The notes under the pieces are model-generated. The model made no database searches, had not been told where the DNA came from, and worked only from the letters and a program-made list of their open reading frames with translations. Both the position numbers and the translations under genes were made by a program. Of a stretch of DNA of 32,000 nt, positions 18,413 through 27,262 are shown piece after piece. Origin of the DNA: Candidatus Altimarinota bacterium. Its GTDB lineage: Bacteria; Patescibacteriota; Gracilibacteria; UBA1369. The first letter of the stretch is position 1, and each line of letters starts with the position of its first letter. The stretch is from the NCBI GenBank assembly GCA_041659405.1, contig JBAZYK010000014.1, positions 1 through 32,000 on the forward strand, given 5' to 3'.

Positions 18413-18970
18413 TTAAGACTGAGGTTTATCTGACGATTGTGGCTGTTCAGCATCCTGCGTAGAAGTTGGTTGCTGGCCGGTTATAGCCTGGGTAGCCGCT
18501 TTTGTTAAAACAGTTACCGGCAACTTTTCCGCAACATCACCTAAAACAGGAATCTTCCACCAATTACCCATAAATGCCAAATAAGCTGAATATATGGACA
18601 AAACAAAAAGTACAAATTGACCCAACATCCCCAAAATTGGACCTAAAGGCCAAAACAAAACGTACATAATAACAGTACAGAAAAACAAACCCAACATCAG
18701 CAATCCCTGTTTACCATGAAGCTTCACATAGGCACTTTCAGGTCTAACAATCAAAGCCAATAACGCCATCATTGGTATATAACAAATAGCTCCCCAAAGC
18801 CGATCATCAGAACTAACGGCTGGTTGCACAATTGCAGTTACTGGTGCAGGTGACGAAACCGAAGCAGCAGTTGGACTTTGAGCCGCTACAGGCTGAACCG
18901 GCTGAGTATTTTGACTCTGCGCATTTTCAACAGGAGCGGAAGAAGAGGATTCTACTTTATTATCAAGCAT
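18413..18970 (-). CDS. Small membrane protein, DUF4870/Tic20-like core with Pro/Gln/Ser-rich termini
   Basis: 'DDRLWGAICYIPMMALLALIVRPESAYVKLHGKQGLLMLGLF' plus further hydrophobic helices. Termini are low-complexity. Confidence 0.65.
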   Translation of the reverse strand: MLDNKVESSSSAPVENAQSQNTQPVQPVAAQSPTAASVSSPAPVTAIVQPAVSSDDRLWGAICYIPMMALLALIVRPESAYVKLHGKQGLLMLGLFFCTVIMYVLFWPLGPILGMLGQFVLFVLSIYSAYLAFMGNWWKIPVLGDVAEKLPVTVLTKAATQAITGQQPTSTQDAEQPQSSDKPQS

Positions 18971-18984
18971 TTTGATGAAAATTA

Positions 18985-19671
18985 TTATTTAGTACCTTTC
19001 CCACCCAAAATAGCACTTTTAACTTTGTGAATCAAATACGTAAGAGACTTAACCGCATCGTCATTTCCGGGAATTGGATAAGCAATACCGTCCGGGTTAG
19101 CATTGGAATCCGCAATAGCCACAACCGGGATTTTTACCTTATTAGCTTCACGAACAACAATACGATCACGAACCGCATCAGCCAAGAAAATTACATCAGG
19201 AAGCCTTTCTACGTCAATAACACCACCTAACGCCGCATCAAGTTTTTCGATCTCTTTTCTTAAAACCACTGCTTCTTTTTTAGTGTATTTTTCAAATCCA
19301 CCTGATTTTTCTTGTTCTTTTAAAGTCTTATAATAACGAATACGTTGCTTCATTGTAGTGAAGTTTGTCAACAAACCACCCATCCATTTGTGAACAACAA
19401 AAGGCATTTTAACAGCTTCTGCGGCCTCTTTCATCAACTCGGCAGCTTGTGGCTTAGTGCTGACAAAAAGGATTGTTTTACCACTGGCAGCGGCGTTTCT
19501 TAAAAAATCAACAGCTTTATCCAAAGCAATTTCTGTTTTTTCCAAATCAAAAATATGAACTCCATTTCGGGCTCCAAAGAGGTACTTTCTCATCTTTGGG
19601 TTCCATTTTTGAGTCTTATGTCCAAAATGGACAGCGTTGTCCAACATTTCCTTTATAACGGTCTGATTCAT
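18985..19671 (-). CDS. rpsB: 30S ribosomal protein S2
   Basis: 'LDNAVHFGHKTQKWNPKMRKYLFGARNGVHIFDLEKT', 'HKWMGGLLTNFTTM', 'IPVVAIADSNANPDGIAYPIPGNDDA'. Confidence 0.97.
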   Translation of the reverse strand: MNQTVIKEMLDNAVHFGHKTQKWNPKMRKYLFGARNGVHIFDLEKTEIALDKAVDFLRNAAASGKTILFVSTKPQAAELMKEAAEAVKMPFVVHKWMGGLLTNFTTMKQRIRYYKTLKEQEKSGGFEKYTKKEAVVLRKEIEKLDAALGGVIDVERLPDVIFLADAVRDRIVVREANKVKIPVVAIADSNANPDGIAYPIPGNDDAVKSLTYLIHKVKSAILGGKGTK

Positions 19672-19802
19672 ATATCCTTGGGGTTAATTTACCCTCATCA
19701 TCTTGCGCTTAACCCATAAACGGGAGGACAGCACAATCTAAAGGTAAACTGAAATAAAAACAGCGAAAATCTATAGTAATTCCGCCATAAATGCAAGGGT
19801 AT

Positions 19803-19832
19803 TTGACCAAACAGGGTAAAAAATGCTAAAAT
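19803..19832 (+). promoter_or_regulatory. Putative sigma70-type promoter upstream of the HATPase/STAS/PrsW-like cluster
   Basis: TTGACC, 18 nt spacer, TAAAAT, 22 nt before the ORF start. Confidence 0.55.
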
Positions 19833-19854
19833 TATATGAACTTTTGAGAATTAT

Positions 19855-20379
19855 ATGGAAACACCAACTCCGGAAAACAAACCGGTAAAAATAACAATCA
19901 CCCTGCCTACCAATGCTTATTTCATGTCGGGGATAAGAGATTTTACTTTATCTCTCATTCGCAACATGACCGAATTTTCGGAACAATGGGCATTCAGGTT
20001 TCAATCCGTAGTTGATGAACTTTGCAATAACGCAATTGAACACGGCACAGCGCCGGGAGATGATATTAAAATAACTTTCATCAGCAATCCTCACGAAAGT
20101 ATTGAAATATTGGTTGAAGATAAAAATAACGGCACAAATAAAACAACCGCCGAACAACTAAAACAACTGATAGATGAAAGAAGAAAACCAAACTACATTC
20201 ACAAAGGTATCCGTGGCAGAGGACTTTCTAAAATCGTCGCAGAATGGACGGATGAATTGGAGTTTAAAGATATAGAAAATAATGGTATTTTAGTTAGAGT
20301 GAAAAAGAATTTAAACGATCCAAAACTCAAAGAAATGGCACAATCCTCAGCGGATCCAAGTCATCTTGTGCTCAATTAA
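19855..20379 (+). CDS. RsbW/SpoIIAB-like HATPase (anti-sigma factor kinase-like)
   Basis: N-box 'QSVVDELCNNAIEHG', 'ILVEDKNNG', 'HKGIRGRGLSKIVAEWTDELEFKD'. Confidence 0.85.
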   Translation: METPTPENKPVKITITLPTNAYFMSGIRDFTLSLIRNMTEFSEQWAFRFQSVVDELCNNAIEHGTAPGDDIKITFISNPHESIEILVEDKNNGTNKTTAEQLKQLIDERRKPNYIHKGIRGRGLSKIVAEWTDELEFKDIENNGILVRVKKNLNDPKLKEMAQSSADPSHLVLN

Positions 20380-20439
20380 GCGCCCAGTCCCAAATCCATC
20401 ATTTCTAATTACAAATTATTAATTACTAATTAAAAACCC

Positions 20440-20826
20440 ATGACAGAAATAAACATTACAGTTGAAGACATTCCGGCAACTACTCAAAACCAAGCGGTAA
20501 AACTGGCTAAATTCCAGGGACAGCTTGATGAAAGCAACGTTGACGAAAAATCCAAAATTATTTACGGACTCATCGAGCAAAATCCTAAAAACTTATATTT
20601 ACTTTTCGACTTTGAAGAATTGGAATATATGAATAGCAAGGCCGTAGGATACCTGACCGACTGGTATGGCAAAATTGCGGAAGCCCAGGGCAAAATCGTT
20701 ATAGCAAAAGCTAAAAGCAACATCTTGGATATTCTTCAGGTCGTGGGTTTGACTCAACTGATTAACACCTATCCAACTTTGGACGAAGCGAAATTTGCGT
20801 TATTGCATGACGTTGCTGCACATTAA
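20440..20826 (+). CDS. STAS domain anti-sigma factor antagonist-like protein (second copy)
   Basis: 'YLLFDFEELEYMNSKAVGYLTDWYGKIAEAQGKIVIAKAKSNILDILQVVGL'. Confidence 0.85.
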   Translation: MTEINITVEDIPATTQNQAVKLAKFQGQLDESNVDEKSKIIYGLIEQNPKNLYLLFDFEELEYMNSKAVGYLTDWYGKIAEAQGKIVIAKAKSNILDILQVVGLTQLINTYPTLDEAKFALLHDVAAH

Positions 20827-20848
20827 AAATCCTTAATACGGATAGGCT

Positions 20849-21952
20849 ATGGACAGCACCTTTACCCTCTATCTTGTTTCTGGACTCTTAGCCCTCGCCC
20901 CGGCGGCAATTTGGTTAACCGTGATTTTCAAAAAAACTAAAAGACACGGATTACAAGTACTGCTCTTTCTTGCGGGAACACTCTCGGTGATTCCGATTTT
21001 TGCAATGCAGTACTTCCTGAACTTCTTCCCTCAATTTAGCATTGTCAACTTTCTTCAGGAAAACATCAATGATCAAAATTTCAATTTTATCGTACTTTTT
21101 ATATGTGTTGGAATAACCGAAGAAATAGTTAAACAAGCCTTAATAAGATTCATAGACAAAAGGTACTTGCTGATAGAAACAATCAACGAATCAATTCAAT
21201 TCAGCCTGGTTGCAGCTTTGGGGTTTTCATTCATTGAAAATATTTTTTACATCTATCATATTTGGACAAATCTGGGTATCCAACAGCTTTTCATAGCCTA
21301 CTTATTCAGATCAATTTTCACTACCTGCGCCCACCTTATGTTTTCCGGCATATTCGGTTATTATTATGGAATTGCAAAATTCTCATTAAATATTCGTGAA
21401 CAATCGGAAATGGCCGGCAAAAAACATCATTTCCAAAGGTTCCTGGCAAGAGTCTTTAACTATTCCAAATCTCAAGCCTTTAAAGAAACAACTATCTTAA
21501 AGGGACTTTTTATTGCAATCGGACTACATGCGATTTTTGACTTCCTTCTACAATTAAACCAAATTATACCGGTAGTTATTTTCGTAGTGATCGGTTATGG
21601 AATTTTGCGACTTCTATTAAAGCAAAAAACAGGAAGGCTTGTTTTGATAAACGATATCGATAACGTCCGTGAATCAAGCATGGCAAAGACGGATGAAGAA
21701 GTTGTTGTTGAGCTACTCGGCATGTGGTTTAAGGAAAAAAAGTATGTCGATGTAATTCATATCTGCGAAAGACTTTTGGAACGTGATCCGGACAATAAGG
21801 TCGTTCAATTATTCAAGAGTAAAGCCATAGATAACATGAGCAATAACAGTATTTATGCCAAAATTTTGGGAACAATGTTTCCAGCCAAATCGATTTCCAT
21901 TTCAAAACTCATCAAAGTAAAAGAAAAAGACACCAAAGAAGAAAAACTTTAG
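20849..21952 (+). CDS. PrsW-family intramembrane protease-like protein with TPR-like C-terminus
   Basis: 'FICVGITEEIVKQALIRF', 'SFIENIFYIYHIW', 'FRSIFTTCAHLMFSGIFGYYYG', 'GLHAIFDFLLQ' (EE..K, E, H, H pattern). C-terminal 'YVDVIHICERLLERDPDNKVVQLFKSKA'. Confidence 0.8.
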   Translation: MDSTFTLYLVSGLLALAPAAIWLTVIFKKTKRHGLQVLLFLAGTLSVIPIFAMQYFLNFFPQFSIVNFLQENINDQNFNFIVLFICVGITEEIVKQALIRFIDKRYLLIETINESIQFSLVAALGFSFIENIFYIYHIWTNLGIQQLFIAYLFRSIFTTCAHLMFSGIFGYYYGIAKFSLNIREQSEMAGKKHHFQRFLARVFNYSKSQAFKETTILKGLFIAIGLHAIFDFLLQLNQIIPVVIFVVIGYGILRLLLKQKTGRLVLINDIDNVRESSMAKTDEEVVVELLGMWFKEKKYVDVIHICERLLERDPDNKVVQLFKSKAIDNMSNNSIYAKILGTMFPAKSISISKLIKVKEKDTKEEKL

Positions 21953-22008
21953 GCTTTACTCAAGAGCAAAAAATTCGTATCATAAAAAATGCTTTTGAGT
22001 AATTTTAA

Positions 22009-23127
22009 ATGTCCCTAAAAAACGTTAAACTGGCAATCGTTTGTGACTGGTTAACAAACACCGGTGGAGCAGAAAAAGTTATTTTGGCTCTCCACCATCT
22101 TTTTCCGAAAGCGCCAATTTACACTTCCATTTATAATCCACAAAAAATTAAAGGATTTGAAAACGCGATAATCAACACTTCATATCTGCAAAACCTTCCT
22201 TTTGCAAAAGACAAACATCAATTGTATTTAGCATTGATGCCACACGCCTTTGAAAGGTTTGATTTGAGCGGGTACGACATTGTTATTTCAAGCTCTCACT
22301 CTTGCGCTAAAGGCGTAATAACCAAACCGCAAACTTTACATATTTGTTATTGCCATTCCCCAATGCGTTATGCCTGGGAAAATAGTCACAAATATATTCA
22401 GGAGTACGAAGTAAACAGTATTGTAAAAAAGATCGCACCGCTTTTCATGCACAAAATAAGAATGTGGGATCGATTAAGCGCAGACAGAGTGGATAATTTT
22501 ATTGCCAATTCCAAGCACATCCAAAATCGAATCAATAAATATTATCGCAAACCATCAAGCGTTATTTATCCATTTGTTGATTGCAAAAATTATAATGTTA
22601 ACCCAAATCGACAAGACTTCTTTTTGGCCGTAGGAAGACTAACGCCTTACAAAAAATTTGACCTTATAATTGAAACTTTTAACGAACTGAACCTGCCCTT
22701 GAAAATTGTTGGAACGGGAGTTGCCTACAAAAAATTAAAAGAAATGGCCAATGACAATATTGAATTTCTGGGCCACGTTTCAAACAATAAATTAACGGAA
22801 CTATACAGCCAGGCAAAAGCCCTTATCTTTCCGCAAATTGAGGATTTCGGGATTACTCCGTTAGAGGCAATGGCTTCGGGATGCCCGGTAATAGCCTATA
22901 ACAAAGGTGGTGCCCTGGAAACAATCGTCGATAAAAAGACCGGAATATTTTTCAATGAGCAAAATGCAGTTACTTTAAAGGCGGCAATTGAAAAATTCAA
23001 CAAAATGAATTTCGATCCACAGGCAATCAGAGAACATGCCGAGAAATTTGATTTAAAGATCTTTAACGAGAAAATGCTTGAATTTATTGAGAAAAAGTGG
23101 GAAAACTGGGTAACCGATATGCATTAA
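22009..23127 (+). CDS. Glycosyltransferase family 4 protein
   Basis: 'VCDWLTNTGGAEKVILALHHLFPKAPIYTSIYNP', 'LAVGRLTPYKKFDLIIETFN', 'ALIFPQIEDFGITPLEAMASGCPVIAYNKGGALETI'. Confidence 0.93.
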   Translation: MSLKNVKLAIVCDWLTNTGGAEKVILALHHLFPKAPIYTSIYNPQKIKGFENAIINTSYLQNLPFAKDKHQLYLALMPHAFERFDLSGYDIVISSSHSCAKGVITKPQTLHICYCHSPMRYAWENSHKYIQEYEVNSIVKKIAPLFMHKIRMWDRLSADRVDNFIANSKHIQNRINKYYRKPSSVIYPFVDCKNYNVNPNRQDFFLAVGRLTPYKKFDLIIETFNELNLPLKIVGTGVAYKKLKEMANDNIEFLGHVSNNKLTELYSQAKALIFPQIEDFGITPLEAMASGCPVIAYNKGGALETIVDKKTGIFFNEQNAVTLKAAIEKFNKMNFDPQAIREHAEKFDLKIFNEKMLEFIEKKWENWVTDMH

Positions 23128-23137
23128 TTAATCAATT

Positions 23138-24055
23138 ATGGAAATTGTCGAATATTTAAATTTCATAAAAAGGAACTGGAAAGTCTTATTGATGCTGACA
23201 ATAGTCACAACACTAAGCGCACTTTATTTTGCCAATTCAAAAAATAAAATAAGTTATGAAGACACAATTTATGCAAGTATTGGCGCAAAACAAACCGCTT
23301 CCACCAGCTTATATGAAAGCGTTCAGGCCGCGGATCAATTCGCCGAAACAATTACCGGATGGTTCAAAGATCAGAATTTCGTTAATAAAATTTCCGGCAA
23401 AAATATAAATGATAATTTTAATATTTCAGCAAAGAAACAGGAAAGACAAAATATTTCAATAAATTTCACCGGTTCAACCAAAGAAGAAGCTGAAAAAATA
23501 AGTAACAATCTGGAAAAAGAGCTCAATAATCAGCTAGCCATTTACAATAATCTAACTCAAAGTGGTTTTATAATCGGATCATATTCATCAAATATAGAGC
23601 CAAAGAACTATCCTTTCATCTTAGTCGTTATTTTTGGAATGATTGGTGGATTCATACTCGGCCAAATAATCGCATTGGCCCATGAGTATTTCTTCATGCT
23701 TGCCACAACCCAAGAACAGATTATCTCCATTCTTAATAAAAAGCCTTTGGAAAGATTGGGAGATGAAAAAATAAAGAGCCTGGAGACTGTTGGTGCCTAT
23801 TTAAAGGGCCAAAGCGCCAAAAAGGTTATCATTGCCGGATTGAATATAAATCCCGAAAAAATCAGTAAACTTCTTCAAAAAACCAATTCTGGAAAAACTT
23901 TTCAGGCAATTACACTTCCACAAGACTCAATGGAAATAATCAGTAAAGAGTGGATTATCTTGGTTTGCAGACTCGGAAAAACCAAGCTTCAAGATTTGGA
24001 AAAGATTCAAAAACTTTTACCGGGCGATTTTGAGTACCTTATAGTCAATGCATGA
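23138..24055 (+). CDS. Wzz/chain-length determinant-like membrane protein with BY-kinase-like region lacking Walker A
   Basis: N-terminal 'YLNFIKRNWKVLLMLTIVTTLSALYF', second TM 'PFILVVIFGMIGGFILGQIIALAHEYFF', and cytoplasmic 'AKKVIIAGLNINPEKISKLLQ...EWIILVCRLGKTKLQDLEKIQKLL'. Confidence 0.7.
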   Translation: MEIVEYLNFIKRNWKVLLMLTIVTTLSALYFANSKNKISYEDTIYASIGAKQTASTSLYESVQAADQFAETITGWFKDQNFVNKISGKNINDNFNISAKKQERQNISINFTGSTKEEAEKISNNLEKELNNQLAIYNNLTQSGFIIGSYSSNIEPKNYPFILVVIFGMIGGFILGQIIALAHEYFFMLATTQEQIISILNKKPLERLGDEKIKSLETVGAYLKGQSAKKVIIAGLNINPEKISKLLQKTNSGKTFQAITLPQDSMEIISKEWIILVCRLGKTKLQDLEKIQKLLPGDFEYLIVNA

Positions 24056-25227
24056 ATATCGTCATTGATATCAGGCCACTGATGGGAGGGAAAATCAGTG
24101 GAATAGAAATCTACATTAAAAATCTTATCGAGAATTTAGTCAGTATAGATCAGACAAACACCTATATTCTTTTTGCCAATGCTTCGAGTAATCAAATGCC
24201 GTTTTTGCCGAAAATTAAAAGCAAAAACCTGACAATAATTCAGACCAGAATCCCCAATAAAATCCTAAATTTTCTGCTTATTGCCGTTCAATGGCCAAAG
24301 CTGGATCAATTGATTTTAAGGCACCTTGATAGAAATCCACACCTAAGGCCGGAATCGCTAAAAAAAGACCAAATAGACCTGTTCTTTATGCCGGATTTAA
24401 GGCCAAGCGCTTTATCTAAGGAGGTAAGGAAAATCTTAACAATCCACGATTTATCTTTTTTGCATTTTCCGAAGTTTTTTTCATTAAAAACACGGCTTTG
24501 GTACAAATTAATAAATCCCCAAAAAGAAATAAAAAGCGCAGATAAAATAATTGCCGTGTCGGAATTTACTAAAAAAGATATCCTGCAAAACATTGATTAT
24601 AAAGGCCAAATTAAAGTAATACACCAGGGGATTGCGGAAAATTTTTGCCAAAATATAAAAACTGAAACCACCAAGCAGGTACTCCGAAAATATCATCTTC
24701 AAGAGCCATACCTGCTTTTCTTATCAACAATAGAGCCAAGAAAAAACGTTAACAGGCTGGCAGAGGCTTTCAACCTATACAAAAAAAGGCATTCACAAAG
24801 TAAAATCAAGCTCGTCATAGCCGGCAAAGAAGATAAGAAAATTTTCTCTAAAGTAAAACTGGAAGAAAATAAAGACATCATCTTTGCGGGTTTTATTGAA
24901 GAAAATCAAAAAGAATCCCTGGTTAAGGGAGCAACCGCCTTCATTTACCCATCGCTTTTTGAAGGCTTTGGGTTGCCATTATTAGAAGCCATGAAATGCG
25001 GAGTTCCGGTTATCACCTCCAATACAAGCTCAATGCCGGAAGTTATCGGTGACGCCGGAATTTTAATTAACCCCAAAGATATAGAATCAATCTCCAAAGC
25101 AATCGAAGAAATTCAAAAACCGGAAATTCAGGAAAAACTCAAAAATAAAATGAAGGAGCAAATCAAAAAATTCAGCTGGGGAAATTGCGCAAAAGAAACA
25201 TTGGATTATTTTGATTTCTCCAAGTAA
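24052..25227 (+). CDS. Glycosyltransferase family 4 protein
   Basis: 'VIDIRPLMGGKISGIEIYIKNLIENL', 'TIHDLSFLHFPKFF', 'LFLSTIEPRKNVNRLAEAFN', 'FIYPSLFEGFGLPLLEAMKCGVPVITSNTSSMPEVIGDAGILI'. ATGA overlap with the Wzz-like gene. Confidence 0.95.
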   Translation: MNIVIDIRPLMGGKISGIEIYIKNLIENLVSIDQTNTYILFANASSNQMPFLPKIKSKNLTIIQTRIPNKILNFLLIAVQWPKLDQLILRHLDRNPHLRPESLKKDQIDLFFMPDLRPSALSKEVRKILTIHDLSFLHFPKFFSLKTRLWYKLINPQKEIKSADKIIAVSEFTKKDILQNIDYKGQIKVIHQGIAENFCQNIKTETTKQVLRKYHLQEPYLLFLSTIEPRKNVNRLAEAFNLYKKRHSQSKIKLVIAGKEDKKIFSKVKLEENKDIIFAGFIEENQKESLVKGATAFIYPSLFEGFGLPLLEAMKCGVPVITSNTSSMPEVIGDAGILINPKDIESISKAIEEIQKPEIQEKLKNKMKEQIKKFSWGNCAKETLDYFDFSK

Positions 25228-26381
25228 TCTTTAACGAAAATAGCAATAATTGTAGCCAGTGGAATAGAGATGACAAGACCCAGAATCCCCAAATACTGCG
25301 CACCAACCAGCATTGCGAAAATAATGATAATAGGGCTTAAACCAATAGCCTTGTTCATTATAAAAGGCGCAAGGACATTTACCTCTATTTGCTGAAGAAT
25401 AAAATAATAGATTGAAACCCAAAGTGCCAAGACAGGGGATTGATTCAAAACAATCGGCATAGCCAAAGCCCAGGCAAAAACACGTCCAACAACCGGAATA
25501 ACCATCAAGACACCGGCAATAACCGAAAGTGTTAGCGCGTACTGGACATTAAGTATTAAAAGACCAATATAGCTTAAAACCGTACCTGCGACACAAAGCA
25601 AGAGTTGACCTCTTACCCAAAAACCGATTTTCTCTTTAACAGCTTCTAGACGGGTTGAAATATAAACTCCATAACGGGACGGGAAAAGTGAAAGATAAAA
25701 TTTCTCCATCGATTTTTCTTCCACAGTCATGAAAAAAGTTAAAATCAAAACCAAAAGCACATTGATCAAACCAAAAGAAATATTCAAAAGCTGAGAACCA
25801 ATCACCTGCAAAGCAGTTTGAATTTGACTTGCGGCTGCCTGTAAATCAACAGTTTGATAAAGCTGAAGAATATAAGGCCTCAACTGTTCCGAAAAAGGAA
25901 AATTAACATTGCCGGAGCCCAAATCCTGAACAAATTTCCCTACGGTATGGGCCATATCAACAACTTGTGTAGCAATTAAAGGAACAAGATGAGAAATCAA
26001 AATTCCAAAAACTACGAATACTAAAAGATAAATCAAAAATACACCAATACTCCTGGGGATTTTTTTATGTTGCAAATAACTGACCATTGGATGCAAAGCC
26101 GCGGAAAAAACAAAAGCCAGGAAAAATAAAATTAAAATCCCATTTATCTGATACAGAAAATAAAAAAAGACCATCAACAGCAAAACGACAGCTGTGCTTT
26201 TTGCCATGCTTGCAGGTGAAATTTCCACAATTACTTTTTCTTCAGTTTTTTGTGTTTTATGTGAACTTCTTTCATTAATAAACTCAGAGCCGGAAGCCTT
26301 TAAGTCACTCATTTTTTTTTGCAGCTGTGAAATTTGTTTTCTTGTATTATCGAAGATTTTTTTAAAAATATTGTTTTGCAT
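25206..26381 (-). CDS. AI-2E family transporter / permease
   Basis: 'GILILFFLAFVFSAALHPMVSYLQHKKIPRSIGVFLIYLLVF', 'IEVNVLAPFIMNKAIGLSPIIIIFAMLVGAQYLGILGLVISIPLATI'. Confidence 0.9.
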   Translation of the reverse strand: MQNNIFKKIFDNTRKQISQLQKKMSDLKASGSEFINERSSHKTQKTEEKVIVEISPASMAKSTAVVLLLMVFFYFLYQINGILILFFLAFVFSAALHPMVSYLQHKKIPRSIGVFLIYLLVFVVFGILISHLVPLIATQVVDMAHTVGKFVQDLGSGNVNFPFSEQLRPYILQLYQTVDLQAAASQIQTALQVIGSQLLNISFGLINVLLVLILTFFMTVEEKSMEKFYLSLFPSRYGVYISTRLEAVKEKIGFWVRGQLLLCVAGTVLSYIGLLILNVQYALTLSVIAGVLMVIPVVGRVFAWALAMPIVLNQSPVLALWVSIYYFILQQIEVNVLAPFIMNKAIGLSPIIIIFAMLVGAQYLGILGLVISIPLATIIAIFVKDYLEKSK

Positions 26382-26383
26382 AA

Positions 26384-27262
26384 TTAGCCTGTGATAGCTT
26401 TAAGAATAATATTAACAATTGACCAAGCAAGTAACGCCAACCCCATGCCCATAAGTGCGGAGCTGATAGTTTTTTTACCCTTTTCTTTATCTTCACCAAG
26501 GCCACCAACCACGTACCTGTAACCTCCAATCACAATGAATAAAACGGAAATTAAACCAACCAGGCCTAAAGCAAAATCAATGATGTAGGTTATAAAATAT
26601 GGAACCAATGCCAAATTCATTCTCCCGGTTTTGATAGCACAACCTAAAAGATTTTTTCTAGCATCAATAATTTGATCTGAATTAAGTTTTTCATCCACAC
26701 TTCCTCCAACAGCATCAAATTCATCTCGCATTTGTTTAAGATCCTGCTCTGCAGAATTCAAATTTTCCTGTAATTTATCAGTTGATACCTTCAAATTTGC
26801 AACTTTACTCCGGGCATCATTATATGTTTTTTCATAATCATTACACTTAAAAGGTCCACCCACACCCGCTCCATCCAGACATGTTTTCCTTGCTTCCGCT
26901 GCTTGTGTAACAGCATCATTCGCCTTCTCCTGCTCCCCTAATGCAGTATTTAACTCATTTTGAGCCTTTTCATTTGCCTGTTTAGCATCATCCAAGGTTT
27001 TAGAAGCATTATTGTAATCAACTGCATTTTTTGCTTGGTCAGCATCAGGAACTATGCCATTTGATAAAAAATCATTAATTGTACTTTGACACTCCTCAAT
27101 GGTCTTACTCGTACTCGGCAAAAGCGTGAATTGCGCATAAGCTGGCGCAACCATCAACATTGAAAGTAAACAGGAAACGGAAAGGTAACGAAAAAGTTTC
27201 ACAATATGAGGGAAAAAATCATCCAAATCATACAGAGAAAATTCAGAAATCTCAAATTTCAT
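26384..27262 (-). CDS. Secreted/membrane coiled-coil protein with VirB2/TrbC-like C-terminal double TM
   Basis: Signal-like hydrophobic N-terminus ending 'APAYAQ', long coiled-coil, 'TYIIDFALGLVGLISVLFIVIGGYRYVVGGLGEDKEKGKKTISSALMGMGLALLAWSIVNIILKAI'. Start chosen at MKFEISEF. Confidence 0.65.
   Translation of the reverse strand: MKFEISEFSLYDLDDFFPHIVKLFRYLSVSCLLSMLMVAPAYAQFTLLPSTSKTIEECQSTINDFLSNGIVPDADQAKNAVDYNNASKTLDDAKQANEKAQNELNTALGEQEKANDAVTQAAEARKTCLDGAGVGGPFKCNDYEKTYNDARSKVANLKVSTDKLQENLNSAEQDLKQMRDEFDAVGGSVDEKLNSDQIIDARKNLLGCAIKTGRMNLALVPYFITYIIDFALGLVGLISVLFIVIGGYRYVVGGLGEDKEKGKKTISSALMGMGLALLAWSIVNIILKAITG

Noticed and set aside
24306-24881. Minus-strand ORFs opposite the second glycosyltransferase
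   Set aside because: The GT4 motifs are clear and continuous on the plus strand, so these are shadow ORFs.
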